Notes under the pieces: model-generated
What the model was told of the DNA's origin: nothing
The model's database searches: none
Seen by the model: only the letters and a program-made list of their open reading frames with translations
Translations under genes and position numbers: made by a program
Part shown: in pieces, positions 57,357 through 64,000 of the stretch
Numbering within the stretch: the first letter of the stretch is position 1
Layout of the letters: each line of letters begins with the position of its first letter
IMG/VR virus record: IMGVR_UViG_3300042090_002370
Span: 64,001 to 128,000 of that record
Source: a virus
DNA length: 64,000 nt
Direction: 5' to 3' (one strand)

Positions 57357-57872
57357 ATGCGCGGCCCCAATCCCGTGCTCACGTACTACTACGGCAACGA
57401 GAAGGTCGCTGGCCTCGGTGCTGCGGCCTACGACATGCTGGTGCAGCAGATGCTGTCGCACGACGATGCGAAGCAGGAACAAGAAGCGGCTCGTCTCAAT
57501 GCTATCGCGCAAGAGATGGAACAGGAGCGCATGCGCCCAGCCGTAGAAGCACTCCGGTATACGCCCGTCGATGCGGGCATGATGCGTCTCGCTTCTGTTG
57601 CTGCCCTAGCCGGTGTCGACATGGCGAAGAGGGCTGGGATCATAGGCAGCGCTGCAGGCGCTCTTGTGAAGAGCCCGACGGCAAGGAAGGTAGTAGGATT
57701 AGGGGCGCTGGCAGGCGGTGGAGTACTAGCTGCTAAGGCCATCAACGCGATTCCACAAGAACTAGGGCGTGAGGCTGGTCCTCAGACCTTTGGTTCTGGT
57801 AGATTGGGATACAGCCCGCCGATGGGCGTAAACGCGTACGGAGTTCCACAGGCGGGCACGCCGCTATTCTAG
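57357..57872 (+). CDS. putative internal virion protein with an amphipathic Gly-rich segment
   Basis: EKVAG and MAKRA|GIIGSAAGALVK...VVGLGALAGGGVLAAK. Confidence 0.7.
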   Translation: MRGPNPVLTYYYGNEKVAGLGAAAYDMLVQQMLSHDDAKQEQEAARLNAIAQEMEQERMRPAVEALRYTPVDAGMMRLASVAALAGVDMAKRAGIIGSAAGALVKSPTARKVVGLGALAGGGVLAAKAINAIPQELGREAGPQTFGSGRLGYSPPMGVNAYGVPQAGTPLF

Positions 57873-57882
57873 GAGATAGAGA

Positions 57883-59016
57883 ATGACACTCGCAGGTTCT
57901 GTAGGTTCGGGTCTCTGGAGCACGCAGTCTGCAATCTTCCCGCACCTGCTGCACGGTCAGGGCGGTATCAGTGGGGAGGTATACGCTGTACGCAAGGATC
58001 TCGGCATTGTGCTCACTCCGCTCAAGTGCGTCACCGTGGAGGAGTACGATCTGCCGCTGCCTGCATCCGGTACGCTCATTCTGACGGGCGGAGTGTCTTC
58101 TCTTGCCGCTCAGACGTTTGCGCAGTCAGCTCTGAACGGCAGCCTGGGCGGCGGCGTCATCAGCCCGCCGCGTAATACAGAGGTCGTCGTCGCTGGCGCC
58201 ACCGCAACGCAGATGGCGGCCAGCGTCACCATCAACGGTGTGGATGCATGGGGACGTGCGCTCTCGGAGACCATTACTGGAACGAGCGGCGGCGCTGGCA
58301 CGTACACCGGCGTGAAGTGTTTCGCCAAGGTGACCAGCGTGGTGGTGCCCGCGGGTACAGGTACGGGCGCCACTTTCACGGTGGGAACGGGGGTTGTCAT
58401 CGGCCTCTCGCAGTACCCGAAGCTGCGTGCGGGTCAGCTGCTGCCGCTCATCACGCGAGAGATCGTAGATGGGGCTGTAGTCACGACTGGGGTACTAACT
58501 TTGCCCGCGACCAACCTGCCCTTCGGTGCATACACGCCGGCTACGGCGCCTACGACCCCAGGTGCGGCTACGTTCACTGGTTCCGTGAACATGGCAACCG
58601 GCGGGCTGTATGGCGGCGGCGGCTCACTCAACGGTGAGGTGCTGCAGTTCACCTCTATCAACGGGGTGGGCCCGCAGTCGCTGACCTTCGTAGGTACTGG
58701 CAACGCAGCCTCTGAGTCGGCTGCCCTTGCTGCCATCGCCGCGGCGTTCCCCAGTCTGACCGTAACGACCAACGGCTCCGGCTTCCTCGTTCTTACGGAC
58801 AAGACCTCTGGCGCTGCTTACTCCATGGTTCTGGCTGCCAACGGTACGAGCACGGCGAACGTCACGCTCGGCCTCACCGCCGGCACACAGACGGGCACTG
58901 GCCACCAGTACGCCATCGACTACGAATTCGACGGCACCAAGCAGCCGACCTTCCCTGCTGTCGGGATGGCTGGTTCATCGTACGGACCGCTGCCGGGTAC
59001 GGTGCCGACGGTCTAG
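57883..59016 (+). CDS. Thr/Gly-rich structural protein sharing a domain with the tail sheath
   Basis: GGLYGGGGSLNGE...NGVGP...NGSGFLVLTD closely matches the sheath segment. Confidence 0.75.
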   Translation: MTLAGSVGSGLWSTQSAIFPHLLHGQGGISGEVYAVRKDLGIVLTPLKCVTVEEYDLPLPASGTLILTGGVSSLAAQTFAQSALNGSLGGGVISPPRNTEVVVAGATATQMAASVTINGVDAWGRALSETITGTSGGAGTYTGVKCFAKVTSVVVPAGTGTGATFTVGTGVVIGLSQYPKLRAGQLLPLITREIVDGAVVTTGVLTLPATNLPFGAYTPATAPTTPGAATFTGSVNMATGGLYGGGGSLNGEVLQFTSINGVGPQSLTFVGTGNAASESAALAAIAAAFPSLTVTTNGSGFLVLTDKTSGAAYSMVLAANGTSTANVTLGLTAGTQTGTGHQYAIDYEFDGTKQPTFPAVGMAGSSYGPLPGTVPTV

Positions 59017-59597
59017 GCCTGAGCGCCTCGGTCCCACCAGAACGAAGACATCGTCTGCCCTGCGTCCTCTACCTGCGGAGCCCGGTCGTCTTGAAGACCG
59101 GGCTCGTAGGGGTTGCCTGGTGTCTGCGGTCGAGGCTTGGAGCTGGGTTTCGGCAACACCGGCGGCGTCCGCTTAGGCCTCGGACTGGCGTAGTCCAATA
59201 CAGCGTGATCGAGCCGCGCCTTCTCCTCCGGTGTCAGCGCCTCGACCGCACGGCCTCCTGCCCCCAGTTCTCCTAGGAAGAGTTGGGTCTCGGGGTCGTA
59301 GCGTTCGGGGTGGTCGATGCTGTCCTGTACCAAGAGCGGCAGGTTGCCACCCAGCATCCCTTTGAAAAGAGAGGTCGGCTCATTCGGCGGCCTGATCTCC
59401 GCTGTCTGCAGAATTGGGTGCTGCGCCCCCCCTCTCATGTGCTCCAGCATCTCCGCCATCGTGGGGAACCTGGGGAACTTCACAGTCTGCGGCGGGGCGA
59501 CGGGTGTGACGTCGGCGATAGGGGTTCGGTAGTCCGGAGACGGACTTGCGGCGTCGAATACCGACGACGGCTTCAGCGGCGAGTCGCTCCACTTCAT
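59013..59597 (-). CDS. Pro-rich hypothetical protein
   Basis: SD GGAGG; converges on the 57883 gene. Confidence 0.6.
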   Translation of the reverse strand: MKWSDSPLKPSSVFDAASPSPDYRTPIADVTPVAPPQTVKFPRFPTMAEMLEHMRGGAQHPILQTAEIRPPNEPTSLFKGMLGGNLPLLVQDSIDHPERYDPETQLFLGELGAGGRAVEALTPEEKARLDHAVLDYASPRPKRTPPVLPKPSSKPRPQTPGNPYEPGLQDDRAPQVEDAGQTMSSFWWDRGAQA

Positions 59598-59802
59598 CGG
59601 TCATATCCTCCAAGATGTCCTGCTCATGCCTCTGCAGGTACGCTTCTACGATGAGCGCGCCCAGCTCGCCAGCGCTTACGCTTAGGTGCCGGCCGCTATC
59701 TTTGCGCTTCTTTCGTACAAGGGCCAGCGTGATCCTGAAGAGGGCGGCGGTCTTGCCGTCGAGGATCAAGTCCAGTGGACCGATGCGGTCGTCGAGGGCC
59801 AT
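59380..59802 (-). CDS. hypothetical protein (N-terminal ~80 aa look real; long overlap with the next gene)
   Basis: ATG just after the terminator; helical, possibly DNA-binding. Confidence 0.5.
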   Translation of the reverse strand: MALDDRIGPLDLILDGKTAALFRITLALVRKKRKDSGRHLSVSAGELGALIVEAYLQRHEQDILEDMTDEVERLAAEAVVGIRRRKSVSGLPNPYRRRHTRRPAADCEVPQVPHDGGDAGAHERGGAAPNSADSGDQAAE

Positions 59803-59817
59803 GTAGAGTCAGTACCA

Positions 59818-59856
59818 CAAATAAAAGAGGCCGCCCTACGAATAGAGCGGCCTCTT
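59818..59856 (-). terminator. intrinsic terminator after the C1 protease gene (no AGCT tail)
   Basis: minus: AAGAGGCCGCTCTA-TTCG-TAGGGCGGCCTCTT-TTATTT. Confidence 0.8.
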
Positions 59857-59885
59857 GGGCCCGTGAGCCCGAAGACATGAGTATA

Positions 59886-60716
59886 TCAGAACTCGAGGTC
59901 AGGCATTCGCGTCAAAACCCAGAGGTCGTTCAGCTGAACCCATCCAGCCCAGGCGTCGTCGATGAGGAAGTGGCCGTTGTCGCCGTAGGCGGCACCCCAG
60001 GAGTTCCTGATGCGCCACACGCGCGCCCCGTCGATGTAGTGCACACCGGTGAAGCAGGTGGAGTGACCGCCGATGATGTCGTTGGCGCTGGGGATGGTGA
60101 GGATCTGCCCCTCTTGGTAGTTCTGGATGGCCGAGCTCACCGGTGACCCGTAGATAACGGGGTGGTTAGAGCGAATGGCCGTCTCGAGTTGATCGAGTCG
60201 ACTGGTGCCACCGCTCGGCGCTAGCGCGTCGATGTTGAACCACGCGGTGAACTTGTTGTCGCTCGCTTCGGGGTAGGTGTCCGGCGTTGGGGAGTTGTAG
60301 AGGTTCGAATCCCCATACGCCCAGACCTTCTCCTCACAGACACCGATGTTGCCGACGCGGTCTACGGCAAGGTGCGTGTACGTGCCTGAGTCCTGCGTGG
60401 TCGTACCCATCTGTAGGCGGCACTGCCAGTAGAGGAAGAGGCGAGACAGCATGTCGACCGAGCTCCCCTCGACAGCGAGCACGATGTTAGCTGCACCGCA
60501 GGTAGAGTTGAGTACGCACGACCCGATGTCGCCCTGGTCGTAGACCGGCGGTTCGTTCGGGATGTCGTAGTCGTTACCGTCCTGCGCCTTCGGCGACGCC
60601 TTCTTCTTGAAGGCCTTCTCGACCGTGGTGAAGGAGACCACTGGGTCGAGCCGCGCCTTGATCTTCGCAGGCATCGTAGAGTCGGGCAGGTAGCCTTTTG
60701 TCGCCATTACTTGCAT
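59886..60716 (-). CDS. papain-like cysteine peptidase (family C1)
   Basis: YDQGDIGSC (Gln/Cys), GGHS (His), RNSWG..YGDNG (Asn); start set at ATG 60716. Confidence 0.9.
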   Translation of the reverse strand: MQVMATKGYLPDSTMPAKIKARLDPVVSFTTVEKAFKKKASPKAQDGNDYDIPNEPPVYDQGDIGSCVLNSTCGAANIVLAVEGSSVDMLSRLFLYWQCRLQMGTTTQDSGTYTHLAVDRVGNIGVCEEKVWAYGDSNLYNSPTPDTYPEASDNKFTAWFNIDALAPSGGTSRLDQLETAIRSNHPVIYGSPVSSAIQNYQEGQILTIPSANDIIGGHSTCFTGVHYIDGARVWRIRNSWGAAYGDNGHFLIDDAWAGWVQLNDLWVLTRMPDLEF

Positions 60717-61084
60717 TTCATCACCGCCTGGCACGAGGAAGCTGCCGCTATGCAGACCGCGTGGAGATCCACGCCGGCGTCGCCATCGATTCGGCACTGA
60801 ACGGCCCAGCCTACCCCATGTAGGTCGGGTCCACCGATGAGTCGGCCGCGGCTGTCCGTGCAACCGAGCGCGAGTAGCTTGGCCTGGCCTGCAGCGCAGG
60901 CATCAACAGGACCTGGGGGAGAAGGCGCAGCGTCTGGAGAAGCCGCCTCAGGTGCGGCTGCCTCTACGACAGGTACTGCGGCGTCAGTACACGGAGACGG
61001 TGCGCAGTTGGGGATGGGGACAGGTGGCGTCTGCGGGCATGCCGTCAGCGCTACGAGGGCCAGTGTATAGATGAGGTTTCTCAT
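60707..61084 (-). CDS. Cys-rich lipoprotein
   Basis: Signal peptide II MRNLIYTLALVALTA-C, Pro/Ala DAA/EAA linker, Cys-rich C-terminus; TACAAT-N7-ATG upstream. Confidence 0.8.
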   Translation of the reverse strand: MRNLIYTLALVALTACPQTPPVPIPNCAPSPCTDAAVPVVEAAAPEAASPDAAPSPPGPVDACAAGQAKLLALGCTDSRGRLIGGPDLHGVGWAVQCRIDGDAGVDLHAVCIAAASSCQAVMKCK

Positions 61085-61123
61085 GCGGCAGATTGTACCG
61101 GTGGCGCAACCAGAAAGCCAGTA

Positions 61124-61133
61124 AAGGAATAAG
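61124..61133 (+). promoter_or_regulatory. putative class I promoter motif AAGGAATAAG
   Basis: Upstream of the right-hand plus-strand accessory genes; divergent from the lipoprotein gene. Confidence 0.5.
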
Positions 61134-61149
61134 AACCCTGGAGGAAGCT

Positions 61150-61347
61150 ATGTCACGCTCTTTCGTCAGTGAAAACGATGTGCGTTTGTTGGAAAAAGTA
61201 GGCGCGGGTCTGACGATGGCCGCGCCAGTGGTGCTCGTGCTGTGCTTCTGGGTCGACAACACCGCTAGTCGTCCTCAGCTTTTTGCTGCGACATTTCTTC
61301 TGGTGCTAGTCGGCCAGCTGCTGGCGCGTATTCGTATTGACTTCTAG
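61150..61347 (+). CDS. small two-TM membrane protein
   Basis: SD GGAGGA; two hydrophobic helices. Confidence 0.7.
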   Translation: MSRSFVSENDVRLLEKVGAGLTMAAPVVLVLCFWVDNTASRPQLFAATFLLVLVGQLLARIRIDF

Positions 61348-61447
61348 TACTGGCGTAGTACTTCTACTAGTCCGCAGGGCGCAGCACCTATTTAGGTATA
61401 CCGCGCTCTGACGTTTCTGGGCTGGTGCCTGGACGCAAGGAGAGACC

Positions 61448-62308
61448 ATGCAATACGCCAAGCTGAATCTCGCTATGTTCACTGAGCATGTGAAAAACGG
61501 GCGATACGAGAGCCGTACCGCAGCCCGCCGTGCCATCGGCAAGGTGACCGAGTGGAGCGACAAAGACAAGGATGCCGCCCACGCCCTCATCAATAAGACC
61601 TTCGGGGAGAGCGACGACGCAGCGCCGAAGAAGGCCAAGCGCGCTGCTGCACCGAAGACGGCCAAGCGCGCAGCTAGCCGAGAAGTAGCTGCTCCCAGGA
61701 CTGCGAAGGCCGCTACAGCACCAGCAGCAAAGGTCCAGCGTGAGCGTGGCCGTAAGCCGCGTCAGGCCCCTGTAGGGGCGAGCCATCCTCCCGTCGATGC
61801 GGTGGCTACGACCAGTGATCTACTCATGCTACAGCGGTCGCCCGTCGTTACTGGTAAGCAGGAGCCGGCTTCTGCCTCGCGTTACAACGCGGCCGCTTCT
61901 ATCATTGCAACGCTCAAGAACGTGAGCCCGATCACTGCCGCGGAGCAGGAGCTGCTCGAGCTGGCTGAGGCTGAGGCCCGTGTGAATACGACTCCGGAAG
62001 CCGAAGCGGACCGCATCAAGTGGGACGCCAAGAACAAGCCTTGTCAGGCCGCCGAGTCCAAGAAAGTAGCGCCACGCGGCAAGGTCAATGGCGTCACTAC
62101 AGAAGCCGCTGCTCGTCCGCACATCGCAGTCCCACTGACGGCTCCAACAAGTACAACCCCCTCTCGACCGCTCCCCACTACAGGCGAGGAGCTCGCCGAG
62201 GCCGAGCGCAGCCTGACCCCCGATGAGCGTGAGACGATTGCTCGCGTGCAGGCTCTGGCACCCAAACCCGTCAACGTTGGCCCGATTCCACCGCCACTCG
62301 TTGGCTAG
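61448..62308 (+). CDS. hypothetical protein with an Ala/Lys/Pro-rich basic (histone-like) linker
   Basis: SD AAGGAG; AAPKKAKRAAAPKTAKRAA repeats. Confidence 0.75.
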   Translation: MQYAKLNLAMFTEHVKNGRYESRTAARRAIGKVTEWSDKDKDAAHALINKTFGESDDAAPKKAKRAAAPKTAKRAASREVAAPRTAKAATAPAAKVQRERGRKPRQAPVGASHPPVDAVATTSDLLMLQRSPVVTGKQEPASASRYNAAASIIATLKNVSPITAAEQELLELAEAEARVNTTPEAEADRIKWDAKNKPCQAAESKKVAPRGKVNGVTTEAAARPHIAVPLTAPTSTTPSRPLPTTGEELAEAERSLTPDERETIARVQALAPKPVNVGPIPPPLVG

Positions 62309-62766
62309 TGCCGGCTGCCTTTTCTCCATAGCAGCCCGACGCATTCTTCATTGTCTCTCTTCTCAACCTGGCCGGGGACTTGAACGTCTCCGTGCCAGGT
62401 GAGTGGGATACGCCAGGAGCGTGAGCCGTGGTGCGTCTCGAGCAAGATGTGGATGGCGTTCTCGCGCTGCTCTACGACCACAAGACCGTAGGCCTTGGCG
62501 CGTTCTACCAGTTGCTGTAGGAGCTTCAAACGCTGTGCTGCATCTAACGTGGAAGAAATTGGGCAGAGAATAGACTGCGTGATCTCTTGGCCAGCGTCAT
62601 CTATTACTGGCTCACGTGGCCACACCGCTGCGTAGGAGTCGATCTTCCGTCGTTTCCTCCAGGTCTGTAGCGCATCTGTCATCAGGAGCTCCGCTCTACG
62701 AGCAAGCTCGTCGTGGATGAATTGCTCAGACTGGAAGTAACGATCTAGAGGCATGGAGGTCAGCAT
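62305..62766 (-). CDS. hypothetical protein (alternative start 62754)
   Basis: Fills the gap between plus-strand genes; globular composition. Confidence 0.6.
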   Translation of the reverse strand: MLTSMPLDRYFQSEQFIHDELARRAELLMTDALQTWRKRRKIDSYAAVWPREPVIDDAGQEITQSILCPISSTLDAAQRLKLLQQLVERAKAYGLVVVEQRENAIHILLETHHGSRSWRIPLTWHGDVQVPGQVEKRDNEECVGLLWRKGSRH

Positions 62767-63073
62767 GGACCGCGGGGCAGTACTACTTCAAGGGCTCCGT
62801 GACAAGCTTTTTTCGGGTTGGGCGCGGTCAATACAGCGCTCTACGGGTGCGCACAACGTGGAGTTCGTTACGCGTGAGAACGGCGAGTTCGCTGTGCGCG
62901 TCAGTTGGAAGAAGGGAGAGGTCGATAAGGTCTTCGAGAAGGAGTTCACCAGGGCGCACGTTCTGGGTCCGAGCCTTCATCGACCAATGATGGAGTGGCA
63001 CATGCAGAAGAGGACGTGCGACTACGCACGCGAGATCATGTGCGAGGTGCTCGCGCAACGAGGTGTTCTATGA
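62765..63073 (+). CDS. hypothetical protein
   Basis: SD GGAGGT before ATG 62765. Confidence 0.7.
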   Translation: MDRGAVLLQGLRDKLFSGWARSIQRSTGAHNVEFVTRENGEFAVRVSWKKGEVDKVFEKEFTRAHVLGPSLHRPMMEWHMQKRTCDYAREIMCEVLAQRGVL

Positions 63074-63375
63074 AAGGTAGTGGAGATTTCTCCATAGGCA
63101 GCCAGGTGTGGCCTGGCGCGTCCAAGGTCATCGAGGAGATGGGCGAGCTCCAACAAGTGCTGGGCAAGCTCATCGCAACCGCTGGGGATACGAAGCACTG
63201 GGAGGGCAAGGATCTGAAGGACCGTCTCAAGGAGGAGATCGCAGACGTGAAGGCCGCGCTCTTCTTCTTTATGGCCGTGAACTTCGACGTCAACGACCGC
63301 GCCGATGTCGTGATGCGCTCGGACGAGAAGTACCAACTCTTCCTCAAGTGGCATGCAAACCCGGAGGCACCATGA
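63070..63375 (+). CDS. MazG-like NTP pyrophosphohydrolase
   Basis: KVIEEMGELQQ...EEIADV (EExxE..ExxD); ATGA overlaps. Confidence 0.8.
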   Translation: MKGSGDFSIGSQVWPGASKVIEEMGELQQVLGKLIATAGDTKHWEGKDLKDRLKEEIADVKAALFFFMAVNFDVNDRADVVMRSDEKYQLFLKWHANPEAP

Positions 63376-63839
63376 AAGAAAACAGGCCGTCCTTCCAGGA
63401 CATTTACATGCGTCTCGCCCTGATGATGGCCGAGCGCTCCACCTGCGCCCGCCTGAACGTGGGGTGCATTATCACCAGCCCCGACTTTCGATACGTTTAC
63501 GGTACCGGCTACAACGGCAGTACCTCGGGCGGGCCGAACGACTGCGACCTGCATGGTGAGGCTGCCGTAGGCGCATGTGGATGTTTGCACGCGGAGGTCA
63601 ACGCAGTCATCAATTGCTGCACGCCACGCAGCAGTCCAAAGATCGTATTCTGCTCGCATCTTCCGTGCAAGATGTGCGCGAAGGCGCTTGTGAACCTCGG
63701 CGGCGTGCAGAAGGTGTTCTACAACATGGATTACCGTAATCGTGAGGGCCTGTTGTGGCTCACGCAGGCAGGTATCCACAACGAGCAGCACATTGTTGCC
63801 ATAACAGGCGCCGGTTCCCTGGAGGCATTGGCACGATGA
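63372..63839 (+). CDS. dCMP deaminase
   Basis: RSTC.R..VG, GYNG, HAEVNA and PCKMC motifs. Confidence 0.92.
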   Translation: MKENRPSFQDIYMRLALMMAERSTCARLNVGCIITSPDFRYVYGTGYNGSTSGGPNDCDLHGEAAVGACGCLHAEVNAVINCCTPRSSPKIVFCSHLPCKMCAKALVNLGGVQKVFYNMDYRNREGLLWLTQAGIHNEQHIVAITGAGSLEALAR

Positions 63840-64000
63840 TTCCGTACAGGCACTACAAAGGCGGTCGCTATGCCTGGCTCTGCCAGGCAGCGACGCACAA
63901 TCACAACGGCGACCTCGACGTCGTCTACATTTCACTGACGCATGGCACGGCCGTCACGCGCCCGCTGGAACGCGACTCGCGTAATGAGGCTTCCTGGAAT
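63836..64000 (+). CDS. DUF1653-like protein (partial, runs off the window)
   Basis: Manual translation MIPYRHYKGGRY...ATH...VVYISL...TRP. Confidence 0.7.
   Translation, partial: MIPYRHYKGGRYAWLCQAATHNHNGDLDVVYISLTHGTAVTRPLERDSRNEASWN

Noticed and set aside
61344-61372. AGTACT/CTAG palindromic cluster
   Set aside because: Too short and not clearly repeated elsewhere; no function supportable
1-64000. Stop-codon reassignment (alternative genetic code)
   Set aside because: Long conserved genes are intact in code 11; TAG and TGA end genes at sensible points, with ATGA/GTGA overlaps
1-64000. tRNA, rRNA, CRISPR array, integrase, DNA polymerase, sigma factor, tape measure protein
   Set aside because: None recognisable by eye; intergenic gaps are short. 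Some probably lie outside the window, and a diverged sigma-like factor among the hypothetical proteins cannot be excluded without profile searches

Overview
A 64-kb, GC-rich, densely coding segment of a large tailed dsDNA phage with a contractile tail (myovirus-type); no cellular housekeeping genes, rRNA, tRNA or CRISPR were seen. Left end (minus strand): replication genes (gp32-like SSB, primase, DnaB-type helicase, family-4 UDG, SF2 helicase). Mostly plus strand: virion morphogenesis (intein-containing portal, baseplate spike-like protein, large terminase, intein-containing prohead protease, scaffold/internal proteins, major capsid, neck, very large tail sheath, tail tube). This module is interrupted by a MoxR/VWA-metallopeptidase operon and by a single ~2150-aa polypeptide fusing bacterial-type RNA polymerase beta and beta' subunits. 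Right end: a papain-like protease plus lipoprotein, a MazG-like protein and dCMP deaminase. Three signals go beyond the gene list. (1) A private transcription grammar: a GG(G/A/T)ATAAG motif precedes non-structural units, four of which end in a hairpin + U-tract + AGCT signal, while other genes have TAnnnT-N7-ATG leaderless-type starts. (2) A pervasive K-x-(A/G/S) motif in about 14 putative head/internal proteins, often directly in front of Gly-zipper amphipathic segments, suggests protease-processed virion cargo; tail proteins are almost Lys-free. (3) A tiny stand-alone gene is broken at CCC-UGA-C, a candidate +1 frameshift. All functional calls come from motif recognition by eye, not database searches.
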